DNA of 59,854 bases, filler included, from Callorhinchus milii (lineage: Eukaryota), in NCBI RefSeq assembly GCF_018977255.1. It is 2 parts of 2 records of this genome, joined end to end, with 100 filler letters (N's around TTAATTAATTAA, not from the genome) between each part and the next. Parts side by side here need not be neighbours in the genome. Positions count along the whole stretch, not along the records: positions 1 to 29,898 come from NW_024705641.1; positions 29,999 to 59,854 come from NW_024705642.1. One strand, written 5' to 3'. Made by a program: the position numbers and the translations under genes. This document shows positions 24,511 through 35,750 of this stretch, piece by piece. Below the pieces are notes generated by a model that worked only from the letters and a program-made list of their open reading frames with translations, did no database searches and was not told the origin of the DNA. Each line of letters opens with the position of its first letter. The first letter of the stretch is position 1.

Positions 24511-26885
24511 CTAGCGGTAAGTACCCGGCGTTGCTCGGGCGAAAAAGGCAGACACACACATGGACTTACACACAGACATTGACCCACACACATAGAAACA
24601 CATCGACTTAGACGCACACACACACATATATGGTTAAACCCAGGATGGATCGTTAGCAGGCCAGCCTAAATGTTTCTAACCGGCGAAGATGTTCCATTAG
24701 GGGGATGCACGTTTCGCAAGCGTATAGAAGGGAGGAAATTACCATGGCCGAGAAGAGCTGAAGCTTCGTGCGGAGCGACAGACCAGGTAGCTTCCACACA
24801 GCATAACGTAGCCGATGAAAAGATAATGGCGCTCGACTGATTTGAAGTGAGACTTCTGCTGTTAAACCGGAGCCGGTCATGAGCACACTGGGCAGGTATG
24901 GGAATCTCGGCAATCTCTCCACAACTGGCGCATCACGAATTGTGAGCTGTGGGGGTGAATTGTTCGATGGTACAAAATACCCAGGCAGGTGGTTAGTTTT
25001 GGTGGGGCTGATGGTAAGGCCCCACCTCTTAGTGGCAAGCTCCAGGTTCAGCAGCAGTGAGCAGCAATCACCAGAGCATCGGTATACATAACATGGTTGA
25101 GCAATAGGGAGGCATCCGTTGACCGCACCCGGGCATCGATCAGCCCCCATTGTATCTGCACCATATGGTAATTGATCGGGTACAGCCATTGAAGGCTTCA
25201 CGAACTACGTGGTCAAAAGATATGTTAAATAATGTGGAGCCAGAGGACATCCCTGTCACACCCCAAGGTGTAGAGGGAATGGCTCTGACTGACGGCCACG
25301 TAGTTTGACGCGGGGCCGCTCACCATCATGAAGGTCCTTAAGGATCGTGAGCAAAGTTTGAGGGACTCCGAAAGCATGAAAAACAACCCAGAGGCCAGGC
25401 CTACTGATGGTATCATAGGCCTTGAGCAGGTCAATAAAGCACATACATTCACTCACACACACACGGACCTACAGACACGCAAAGAAATGGACTTACACTG
25501 ACTGACATGGAGCCATGCACACAAAGCGACCAACACAGACGCCCATGGACTGACACACACAGACATAGACTGACACACATACAACGACTCACACACACAC
25601 ATCGACTCACACACAGACATACGTGGACTCACACACACATTGACGTAAACACACATGTACTTACACAGACACATATCGACTAAGACACACACACATGGAC
25701 TTACACACACATACATAGACTGACACACACATTGCCCTACACACACATAGACATATGTACTGTGACACACAGACATCTACTTTAGATACACACATGTAGA
25801 TTAACACACACACATCGACTGACACACATAGACACACAAACGCACATTGACTTACACACTCAGATGGAGCCATAAACACATATCGACTCACACACACACG
25901 CATTCACTTAGACACACACACATCGAGTGAAACACACACGTATGGACTTACACACACATGTGGACTAACACACACACAGCGACTGATATGCACACAAATG
26001 GACTGACACACACACACAAACACTTGTACATACACACACACACATGGGGCGTTGTCCGTTTGAAAAAGACAGACACACACATGGACTCACACACAGACAT
26101 GGAGCCACACACATTGAAACCCATCGACTTACACGCACACAAATACATATGGACTCACACACACAGACATCGACTTTAGGGACACACATGTAGTTTCTGC
26201 ACACAAACATTATCATTGTAATATTTGTAAAGTTATTTGTTTAATAATAGTAAACAATAAACCTCAGTTCTTAGCGAAAGATGCAAGAAAATTGTACTTT
26301 ACATTGGCGTGGTGACGCGTCGTCCCGTGCAGAGCCTGCGGCCTCGCCTAGATTGGCAAGCCGGAGGAGGTGAGACGTTGCCAGGCTGTGCGCTGGGCCG
26401 CTACCCCCCCCCACCATCCCCCCGCCCGAGGCAGAATAATACGATGTAAGCGTTGTCATAATATTAAATAATATGTGAGGGCTTTATAGCAGTAACTGCA
26501 CATATTGTGGTGGGGGGGAAGACATCACACTGTGAAGAGAAATCGGCAGCGTGATGTGTATATTTATTCCTTGTTAAACGCGTAAAATAAAATGTCTCCC
26601 GTGAGCTGGAGTGAACGCGCATGACTTGGCAGGGTCCGCCCCCCCCACGCAATTGTCGTGAGTTGGTACGGTCGATGTCTCGCAATAAGTAAATAATGAA
26701 TAATAGAAATGGCACAAATGCGTTAATTAAACTACTTTAAAGTTTACGGATGGGAAAACGGAATAGCCTATTCCCACCGCGGGGCTTAGGGTGTGCTGCC
26801 TGTCAAAAAAATTTCTACCTAAAGCCCACCGTCCGAGAGCCAAATCCCCGCAAGCGCGAGCGCGCGGAGACTTTTATATATAAGA
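24511..26885 (-). mobile_element. Complete non-autonomous Helitron family A with shortened RTE cargo (24632-25441)
   Basis: Minus strand TCTTATATATAAAAGTCTCC at 26885 and hairpin + CTAG|T at 24511. The 5' flanking base is G rather than the canonical A. Confidence 0.82.
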
Positions 26886-27180
26886 CAATGAGCAGCTTTA
26901 CTGTGAACGTGTGTTCTCTGGTCATGTTCACCGCCATTGTGAGTATCCCTCACTCACCGCGTGTGTGACTCCGCGGTTCCCGTGGGCTCAGTGAGTCAGC
27001 GCTGTCCCTTCTCCCGTCCACTCGGGTTTAGGCTGAGTCTCAACTACGAGATCGAGACAGCGGACTCCGACTTTTAGCGGACGGGATGTTGGGGAGAGAA
27101 GGGAGTTTGGAGATGTTAGAGTGAGTAATGTCCTGATGCACACACACTTATATAAGTACACCTAAACAAATATATACACA
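26886..27180. repeat. Copy 1 of a ~280-bp duplicated CpG-containing module
   Basis: Near-identical to 29597-29875; homology resumes at 27724-27750 after the LTR insertion. Confidence 0.85.
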
Positions 27181-27723
27181 TGTAATGGGTTTCGGAGACA
27201 CTTGTAGAGGTAACTTCTTTATTACAATCCAACACTCCAACAGTCCAACCCTCCAACAGTCCAGATACTCTGTTACAGCCTAGGTACACAGACTAAGTAC
27301 ACAGCCTAGATACACTACTCTGGCTACGCTCTGGAACTCGCCCTCACAAGGTCGTAGAGTCGGGAGTTCCAGAGTCCCACCACTGGCTCTCGCAGCGTCC
27401 CAGGGTCCTGAGATGGCTGGTCTTGGGTCTTGAGCTACGACTGGCCCTGATCGTCCAGGGAGCTCCCCTTTTATGCCTAGTCCCCAACGAGGGGTGGGGC
27501 CATGTGCGCCCCCAGATATCCCACAGAGCACACACAGCCCCCCCCGTTGGTGGCGCCAAGCGGCTTAAGCGCCTGGGCCGCCCGGGAACCCAACGCCTGG
27601 CGCCAAGAGGCTTAAGCGTCTGACCCGCCTGGGAACCCAGCGCCTGGCGCCAAGGGGCCCAAGCGCCTGGCCCGCCCAGGGTCCCAGAGCCCCCAGCAGC
27701 CCCTCCCTTCTTATGTCACTACA
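27181..27723 (-). mobile_element. Solo LTR (Gypsy-like)
   Basis: TGTA...TACA termini, 4-bp TSD CACA, minus-strand AATAAA (27218-27223) and TATA-like ATAAAAGG (~27470); the empty site is visible in the duplicate at ~29850. Confidence 0.8.
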
Positions 27724-27922
27724 CACACATGCGGACACAAAACACAAAGATACTCAGTATAAGGTAAAACATTTAGGAACGTCTATTTTAACTTTTTTTT
27801 ATATTCACTTTTTACCACACTTTTTACCACACTTTTCACCACTATTAAATAACAACACAATTACAATTGTCACATTACCTACTCTAACCAATGATATTGT
27901 TTCAAACTATATTATGTTAATA

Positions 27923-28566
27923 CAGTAGATCATCGATTATCGGCAGCCGGATTTTCAAAAACACCAAATAATCGCATCATTATTTAAAATGGCTTATTTT
28001 TGCATATTCTTGAATAAGATTCTATTTTTAGGTGTTCTGTATATATAGTGTTTTTAAATAGCTTGCGATATCAAAATCGATTACATAAATATACAAAGAC
28101 AAATAAATATCCTGCTGTAAAAAGTGATTGCATTTACTGTACCGGACTCACCACTCCAATATCGAAGACTTTGCATGGGGTGATGTGTGTACTACACTCT
28201 TGTTCAACAACTTGTGTTTGACAACAACAACTTGTGTTTGACAATCGTCGGACTGATGCAGCCTTAGATCGGTGCTCTGGCGAACGCCGAATTGCACGCA
28301 ATTTTCGCCAGATCGCACTGTATATTTTTGTTTCTGTTACTGTAGTTATTAGTCATGAAACATTTATATACGTGCAGTGTTTGCATTGTTTAAGTTGTAT
28401 GTAGTGTGTAATGTACTGTATATAGTATTTGACACTGAAATAAAGCATAGCTACTTGTTTTGTCACGCACATGGTGCCGATCGCCGGACTGGTACAGCCT
28501 TTGCAGCGGTTTTACCGATGTTGGAAGCCAGATAAACACGAACTGGATATAATCGATGATCATCTG
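27923..28566. mobile_element. Tigger/pogo-like MITE (644 bp)
   Basis: TIRs CAGTAGATCATCGATTAT / ATAATCGATGATCATCTG flanked by TA on both sides. Confidence 0.75.
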
Positions 28567-28673
28567 TATTTAACGTCATAGATTAAATTTTGACTTAAAA
28601 CTTTCGTGATTGCAGGAATTCATATTCTTGGGTCTATCGGTAAAGTCGCGTAGATAGGTTCAAATAAAAAAAA

Positions 28674-28716
28674 CTACGACGTTTCGATCGCAACACAAGC
28701 GATCGTCATCAGAAGA
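28674..28716 (-). ncRNA. Minimal hammerhead ribozyme
   Basis: CTGATGA-C-GATCGC-TTGTGTT-GCGATC-GAAACGTC on the minus strand; stem I is weak. Confidence 0.7.
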
Positions 28717-28840
28717 AAGAGGGAAGCTGCTGAGGCAGGCTGTTTTAAAGGTTTTAAATGGGTGTAGTCACCCATATACCCTTGACTACACCATTTCAAA
28801 CCTTTAAAACAGCCTGCCTCAGCAGCTTTCCCGCCCTTTT

Positions 28841-28883
28841 TCTCCTGATGACGATCGCTTGTGTTGCGATCGAAACGTCGTAG
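28841..28883 (+). ncRNA. Minimal hammerhead ribozyme
   Basis: CTGATGA-C-GATCGC-TTGTGTT-GCGATC-GAAACGTC; perfect 6-bp stem II; stem I is weak. Confidence 0.7.
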
Positions 28884-29596
28884 TTTTTTGTTATCTTTGT
28901 TATTTTATTTGAACCTATCTACTTGACTTTACCGAAATACCCAAGAATATGTGCACAGTCTCCACAAACACGACCCTCAACCACTGTTCCGTCAACCACC
29001 ACCACTCTCACCATCCCTCACCATCCCCCACTCTGTGCCCAGACCCTCCACCCATCCTCTCTGCCCCCACTCACCGTCTCTTCTCTCCCTGCAGCCTGTC
29101 TGTTCACTGACGGACAAGTCGGGTTCCTCTCTCAGTGTCATCCTCAAGGCCAACACAGGATTGAAGAGTCTCAGTAAGCTCTGCTGTTCGTTTCTCACAT
29201 GTGCTCTGTGCACGAACTGTGCTAATTGTTGGTGCAACGCGTCGTGAAGTAAACATTTAAATGTGAACACATTTAATCTTGCTGTCCTGCTTAATCGAGT
29301 CCACTTTCAAAATGTTTTACTGTAATCTTAACACATTTGTTTAGTTTAACACGTAGGCTAAAGCAATATTCATATTGTTAGCAGATACATTAATTAATTG
29401 TAAACATCTCCCTGTGTTCCTCGATGAAAATGTACTTACTTGTGTGTGATCCTCTGTTGTAACTTTGTGTTTATATAAACGCAAACACTTTTCATATTAT
29501 AAAGGTACAGTGCAGTATAATTGAATGGATGATTGTGATTAAACTGATATTTGTGAATGCCACCTATATATAAATGTATAACACAGAAGCATTAAA

Positions 29597-29875
29597 CAAT
29601 GAGCAGCTTTGCTCATGAACGTGTGTGCTCTGGTCATGTTCACCGCCATTGTGAGTGTCCCTCACTCACCGCGTGTTTGACTCCGCGGTTCCCGTGGGCT
29701 CAGTGAGTCAGCGCTGTCCCTTCTCCCACAGCGGACTCCGACTTTTAGCGGACGGGATGTTGGGGAGAGAAGGGAGTTTGGAGACGTTATAGTGAGTAAT
29801 GTCCTGATGCACACACACTTATATAAGTACACCTAAACAAATATATATACACACATGTGGACACAAAACACAGTA
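29597..29875. repeat. Copy 2 of the duplicated CpG-containing module
   Basis: Matches 26886-27180 but lacks ~40 bp (around 27016-27056) and the LTR. Confidence 0.85.
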
Positions 29876-29898
29876 TTTACTATAATAGCCCAGAAATG

Positions 29899-29998
29899 NN
29901 NNNNNNNNNNNNNNNNNNNNNNNNNNNNNNNNNNNNNNNNNNTTAATTAATTAANNNNNNNNNNNNNNNNNNNNNNNNNNNNNNNNNNNNNNNNNNNN
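29899..29998. other. Artificial contig-joining spacer
   Basis: 44 N + TTAATTAATTAA (stop codons in all six frames) + 44 N. Confidence 0.97.
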
Positions 29999-30149
29999 TG
30001 GAATGCGCGCTCTCTCTCTACTGGAGGGATGCATCCTGCTTACCTAATTCCAGGAAGTATTAGTTGCAGGTTGTCGAGAGTCAAGGCTTGGAGACCCAGA
30101 GTACGCTTTGGTGAGCAGTTTAACCAACTAACGCCACATCAATTGCCAT

Positions 30150-30387
30150 TGGTCATTTTTGGATGAGATGTTAAACCGAGGTCCCGTCTGCCTGGTCAGG
30201 TGGACGTTAAAGATCCTGCTGCGCTATTGGAAAAGAGAAGGGAGTTTCTCTCTCCCTGGGTCCTGGCTGACAATTCCCGTACAATAAACTGGTCACTCAC
30301 TCCACGACTGTTTGTGGGACACAGCAGTGTGCAAGTGGCTGCTGTATTTCACCCACAAAATACACAGTAACTACACTTCACAGTGTA
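30150..30387 (+). mobile_element. Deu-domain SINE fragment
   Basis: GGATGAGATGTTAAACCGAGGTCCCGTCTGCC...GGTGGACGTTAAAGATCC resembles the DeuSINE central domain. Confidence 0.6.
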
Positions 30388-30965
30388 TCATAGAATCATA
30401 GAATTACACAGCACAGAAGGAGGCCATTCGGCCCACCGTGTCTGTGCGGCTCTTTGAAAAGAGCTTCCAAATCAACCCCACTCACCCGCACTCTCCCCGT
30501 AGCCCTGATCAACCCCACTCCCCCGCTCTCTCCCCGTAGCCCTGTAAACTTGTCCTCCCTAAATAAATATCTATTTCTCTTTTATACGTTGTTATGGAAT
30601 CGGTTCCCACCGGCCTTTCAGACAATGATTCCAGATCCCAACAACTCACTGTGTGAAAAAAATTCTCCTAACCTCCCCTCTGCTTCTTTTAACAACTATT
30701 TCAAATCGATGTCCTTGAGTTACCGATCCTGTCACCTTCAAAGATTTACTATATGACCCCCGGGCTTATATCGCCTCTCCTCATTCTTCCTCACAAAATG
30801 CATCACTTCCCATTTCTCCACATTAAACTTCATCTGCCCCGTGTCTGCCCATGTTACCAGTCTGTCTATGTCCTCTTGCCGACTTACTATCCTCCTCACT
30901 GTTTACTACTTTTTCTATCATCTGCAAACATGGGAATTGTTTCCCTACACCCAAGTCCTTATATC
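30388..30965 (-). mobile_element. CR1 LINE 3' fragments
   Basis: (ATTCTATG)n tail on the minus strand, GGCCGAATGGCCT terminal hairpin, decayed RT C-terminal sequence. Confidence 0.75.
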
Positions 30966-31287
30966 ATTTGAGACTTCGCAATGACGTGATAAGGCACTGT
31001 ATCAAATGCAAGGATTATTATTATTATTGTTATGGTCCCTCATTCCTCGTAGTTTTAGTGAGTCCAGGCTGGGGAGCCTGTGCATTGTGTCAGTGAAAGG
31101 GAAAGTCAGCGGCTGAGGCTGGTCTCTGAGAGAGAGAGAGAGAGACTGGTCAGAGTGAGTCACCTCAGCCATCAGCAGTTACCACAAGCCCAGGAGAGAG
31201 GGACCACATTCCTGACACAATCCATATAATAATTCATTGGGATCATTTCTTATTTCATTTATCATGCCTCAAAGTGTTTTATCTGTA

Positions 31288-31525
31288 GTCCTGTAGCTCA
31301 GGGGTTAGACACTCATCTCGCAAGCGAGAGACCTGGGTTTGATTCCCGGGCAGGACGAAACCTTAGGAAAGTTTCCTTACTCCACACACCTCTGTTTACG
31401 AGCAGTCAGTAGGAACCCGGTTGTTAGTCGATTGGGGATCACTTTCAGAGGGGAATAATCCTTCCCCCCAAACAAATTTGGTAACTTCACGACTGTTTGT
31501 GAGACACTGCTGTGCATAATTGTCT
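31288..31525 (+). mobile_element. tRNA-derived SINE with L2-like tail family (3'-truncated copy)
   Basis: Head GTCCTGTAGCTCAGGGGTTAGAC...GGTTTGATTCCC (A/B boxes) and shared body. Confidence 0.8.
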
Positions 31526-31749
31526 GCGACGTTATTATTATCATTATCATCATCATCAGCAATCACTGTCAACTGTCGTGACTGCGCATTATGTAGGCAA
31601 TCGAGAGTCATTCACACACACAGCAAAGTCCTGCAAACATGAGGTGAGTGACCAATTTTTTGGGAGGATTGTTGGAGAGAGAAAGAAAACCCCTTCTCTT
31701 TTCGAAAAACATTGTGGGATCATTAACATCCACCTGAACAGGCACAGAA

Positions 31750-32190
31750 TGGGAATGGGGTTAGAGTAGAGAGCTCCAGTGGGGGAGCGAGCCCCAGCGC
31801 AGACACGATGGGGGGAGAGAGAGAGCAGGGAATGGGGTTAAGTAAAGAGTACCAGTGGGGGAGCGAACACCAGCACAGACACGATGGGGACAGAGAGAGC
31901 AGGGAATGGGGTTAGAGTAGAGAGCTCCAGTGGGGGAGCGAGGCCCAGCACAGATACGATAGGGAGAGAGAGAGAGCAGGGAATGGGGTTAAGTAGAGAG
32001 TACCAGTGGGGGAGCGAGCCCCAGCACAGACACGATAGGGAGAGAGAGAGAGCAGGGAATGGGGTTAGAGTAGAAAGCTCCAGTGTGGGAGTGAGCCCCA
32101 GCACAGACACGATGGTGGGAGAGAGAGAGAGGGAGCAGGGAATGGGGTTAGAGAGCTCAAGTGGGGGAGTGAGTACCAGCACAAGGCTAA
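31750..32190. repeat. ~65-77-bp G-rich minisatellite derived from a CR1-like 3' UTR
   Basis: About 6 units of GGGAATGGGGTTAGAGTAGAGAGCTCCAGTGGGGGAGCGAGCCCCAGCACAGACACGATGGG(GA)n. Confidence 0.85.
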
Positions 32191-32668
32191 TGGGTATAAT
32201 TTCGATGACTATTTGGTGCCTCACACTATGTGGTAAAGTGCAGCTCTGATCTCATCTGAAACCTATTGCTCGGGGTTTGGAGGTGGGGGTGGAGAGGATG
32301 GGGGGTGGGAGGATGGGTGGGGATGGGGGGAGGATGACTCCCAGTCGAAAGTGACCGCGAGGGCAGGGTTCATGCCAGAAACGTTAGTTGTGACTCAACA
32401 CTGAGATCAGAGGCAGCGAGACCGGGAATGAAAGTGAATCAGACGGTGGGAGGGACCCCTTCCAGACTTAACCGAATCCATGTGGGAATACATGCTGGAA
32501 TGGGACAAGGAACAGAGCCAAGGGGAAGAGTTGGGACTCAATCACAGGGAGATGAAAGCTCTCTGCTGTGTCTGTGTCTGCTGCTCCCCCTCCAAATTCC
32601 ATGGATCTGTGTCAACTATAATTGGATACAGGAGGGTAGAGAGAGTGAGAGAGTGTGTGTGTGAGAGA

Positions 32669-32703
<35 letters not shown>

Positions 32704-32823
32704 TGTGTGTGAGAGCGCGAGAGGGAGAGTGAGAGAGGAGGGCTGGTTTTCAAGCCAAAGTGGGGGAAATGAACAGGCGTCTCTTCCGTCTCACCAAAGC
32801 ATGAATGTAACATTTGCCTCCAG

Positions 32824-33165
32824 ATAATAATAATAATCCTTGCATTTGACATAGAACCTTATCACATCATTGAGACGTCTCAAAGTGCTTCACAGAATAT
32901 AAAGTGATTTGACTGTATTTTGAGGGCAAAATGTGGCAGCCAATTACGCACAGCAGCGTCCCACAAACAGTCGTGGATTCAGTGACCAAATTATTATTTA
33001 TTTTGAAGGGATTATTACCCCCAGAAAGCGATCCACCAACCGACTAACAACCGGGTTCCTACTCACTGCTGGTAAACAGGCGCCGTGGAGTGAGGAAATT
33101 TGCCTAAGGTTTCGCCCTGACCGGGAATCAAACCCAGGTCTCTCGTTTGCAAGGCGAGGGCTGAG
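32824..33165 (-). mobile_element. tRNA/L2-tail SINE
   Basis: (ATT)n tail, L2-like 3' end, tRNA-like head. Confidence 0.85.
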
Positions 33166-33285
33166 ACATTTTGGAGCTGAACTGGTCCCAAGGTGACCTG
33201 CCTGGGAACAGAATGTCAGAATCGCTCCCCCCCTCTGTGCCGGTCTCTAGTCCCGGTTCCTGAGCCAGGAGGGGCCGCAGGGTCC

Positions 33286-33745
33286 CAGGGCACTCACTGC
33301 TGATGGCAGCACAGCCCGGCCCGGCTCATCAGCAGGACCTGGAAGGGCCAATCAGTCACTGGGGGCAGGGAATCCTCCCCCTCAGCTCCTGGTAACCCCA
33401 CAGCCAAAGCCCTAACGGGGAGGGTGGTCCTCGCTGGACAAGCAGCGGGAAAGCTTGGCCAGACAGTGATAGCAATGGCCAAGCTGTGTGGGTTTAGACA
33501 GTTAGACTCCAGCAGTTACCCCAACACACACTCTGGGCCCCCCCCAAGCCTTGGCTCTCACCAACCTGCGAACCTGCGCCTAATACTTTCCGGAATTAGG
33601 TAAATTAGGTGTCCCTCCCACTGGGGGGGGGGGGGGGGGGGGGAGTGGAGGCTGCGTATTCTATTCTAGTCTCAGTTTGGTTTGGAAACTCTTAAGCACA
33701 GCGATGGGTTTCCACATATCAGAAACCCGGTTGATTACGGTGATG
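33286..33745 (+). repeat. Unclassified structured interspersed repeat, copy 1
   Basis: Shares GGTTAGACTCCAGCAGTTACCCC core with 34735-35065, 40862-41190 (minus) and 57481-57752. Confidence 0.75.
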
Positions 33746-34464
33746 GGTCTCCCTGTGAGTTAGACGTCAGCCTGACCAAAGAAACAGCGACTCAGTCTCT
33801 CCTCTGAAGATTCCCTCTGTAGTTTATCTCTTTGATAAAGCGCCTGGCAACAAAGATAAGAGTCTTAATGTGAACCTCAACATCCATTGTATCAGCATCA
33901 ACTGCACTCAGCTGCTGTTTGCCTCCAGTGCTGTGTGTACTGACCGCAAAATGATCCCATTTGCGTAAACAGAGTAAAAGAAACCAAATACTCGCAGAGA
34001 AACAAACTGGTGTTGTGTGTTTGCAGGTCAGAATCTCTGCCATCTGCCCCTCACTAGAGATCTGGGAGATTTCCATCCCTGGAATTGATAATCGATAATC
34101 CTTATCAGTGCCTTTCATGTCAAGAGATCTCAGAGCGCTTCACAGGAAACAATGTGAAGTGATGTGACTGTTTGCAGCAATGCTTCTTGTACAGAACAGT
34201 AGAACCAGATTGAATGGGGTAAATTCAGAACAAATCTGCGGAAACACTATTTCAGTGAGCGAGTAGGAAACTTGTGGAAAAGGCTCCCTGGGGAGACAGG
34301 AGCTGGAAGCAGAAAATGTTGTTTGTTTCAAATGAGATCGATTTCTGCTGGAAATTAATATTTGGGCCACGACTGCAGGATGGTGGAAGGTGAACTAGAT
34401 GAACCTTGGTCTTCTTTTGCCAGCAAATTCTTATGTTATGTTCCAGAAACAGCCATGAAACAAA

Positions 34465-34720
34465 TTTTATTTGGGGGATTGTTGGCTAAGACACCAGGAG
34501 AGAGAAACTCCCTTCTCTTTTCTAGTAGCAGGATCTGTAATGTCTGCTTGAACAGGCAGACAGGACCTTGATCTAACATCTCATTCGAAGGACGGCACCT
34601 CCCACACTGCAACACCCCCAGCACTGCATTGGAGCATCAGCTTAGACCATGTGATTACAAATCCCAACGTGGGGCTTGAACCCACAACCTTCTGACTCAG
34701 AGGCGAGAATAGTACAGAGT
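34465..34720 (-). mobile_element. Deu-domain SINE with tRNA head
   Basis: Reverse complement of the Deu domain plus GGGCTTGAACCCACAACCTTCTGACTCAGAGGC head. Confidence 0.6.
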
Positions 34721-34734
34721 AACTATCTTCCTAA

Positions 34735-35065
34735 ACTATGTGGGTTTAGCTGGTTAGACTCCAGCAGTTACCCCAACACACACTCTGGCCTCCCCTCAAG
34801 CCTTGACTCTGGCCAACCTGTGCCTAATACTCTCCAGAATTAGGTAAACAGGATGTGTCCTTGGGACATCCTCCTGATGTGAGAGGCGCTACATAACGAC
34901 AATTTGTTGCTGTTGTCACTCCAGGGAGAGAGGGAACGCATTCCATTCCAACAAACATCTGCGAAATTTCCATGTGTAGGTGGGATGTATGGAATTCTCA
35001 GTTTGGTTTGGAGACTCTTAAGCAAAGGTAATGGATTTTGTATGTGTCAGACACCCGGCTAATCA
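34735..35065 (+). repeat. Unclassified structured repeat, copy 2 (3' part)
   Basis: Aligns by eye to 33485-33735. Confidence 0.7.
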
Positions 35066-35387
35066 AAAATAATCTAACTGAGCCAGGCTGAGTCCCTTTG
35101 ATGTCTCGATACAGACACACTGACCAGCGAGATAACCTCTGGCTGTTTACTCGGCTGTCCTCTCTGGTCTGCAGAGTTCCTGATGAGAATAAAACAATTC
35201 TTTGTTTATGGACACGTTTTTCTTCCCCTATTTACTGATTCCCTGGAATTGATCCTGGCGTCCCTCACGTTAATGTTCCCTGGAACCGGGCTCATTCCGT
35301 CTGGAATCAGGAGCTCCGTGTCTGTTAATGGTGTATCTATTGGAGGAGAGAGAAGGGAGCAGACACGAGCAGTGTGCGGGAGAGGGG

Positions 35388-35750
35388 AATAATAATAATA
35401 ATCCTTGTATTTGATATCGCACTTTTCACATTTTCGCAGCGTCTCAAAGCGCTTCACAGAACGTACTGTAAAGTGTAGTGACTGTATATTTTGTGGGCGA
35501 AATGTGGCAGCCAATAGCGCACAGCAACGTCCCACAAACAGTCGTGGATTGAAGTGACCAAATTATTTTATTTTTGCTTTTTTTAGGGATTATTATCCCC
35601 AGAAAAATGATCCTCCAATCGACTACCAACCGGGTTCCTACTCACTGCTGGTAAACAGAGGCGTGTGGGGTAAGGAAACTTGCCTGAGGTTTCGCCCCGC
35701 CCGGGAATCAAACCCGGGTCATCTCGCTTGCGAGGCGAGTGTCTAACCAG
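35388..35750 (-). mobile_element. tRNA/L2-tail SINE
   Basis: Near full-length family copy. Confidence 0.85.

Larger units (their letters stand above)
28591..28951. mobile_element. Penelope-like inverted pseudo-LTR pair
   Basis: Arms 28621-28770 and 28783-28951 are reverse complements; ~30-bp extension only on the left arm; one hammerhead per arm. Confidence 0.8.
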
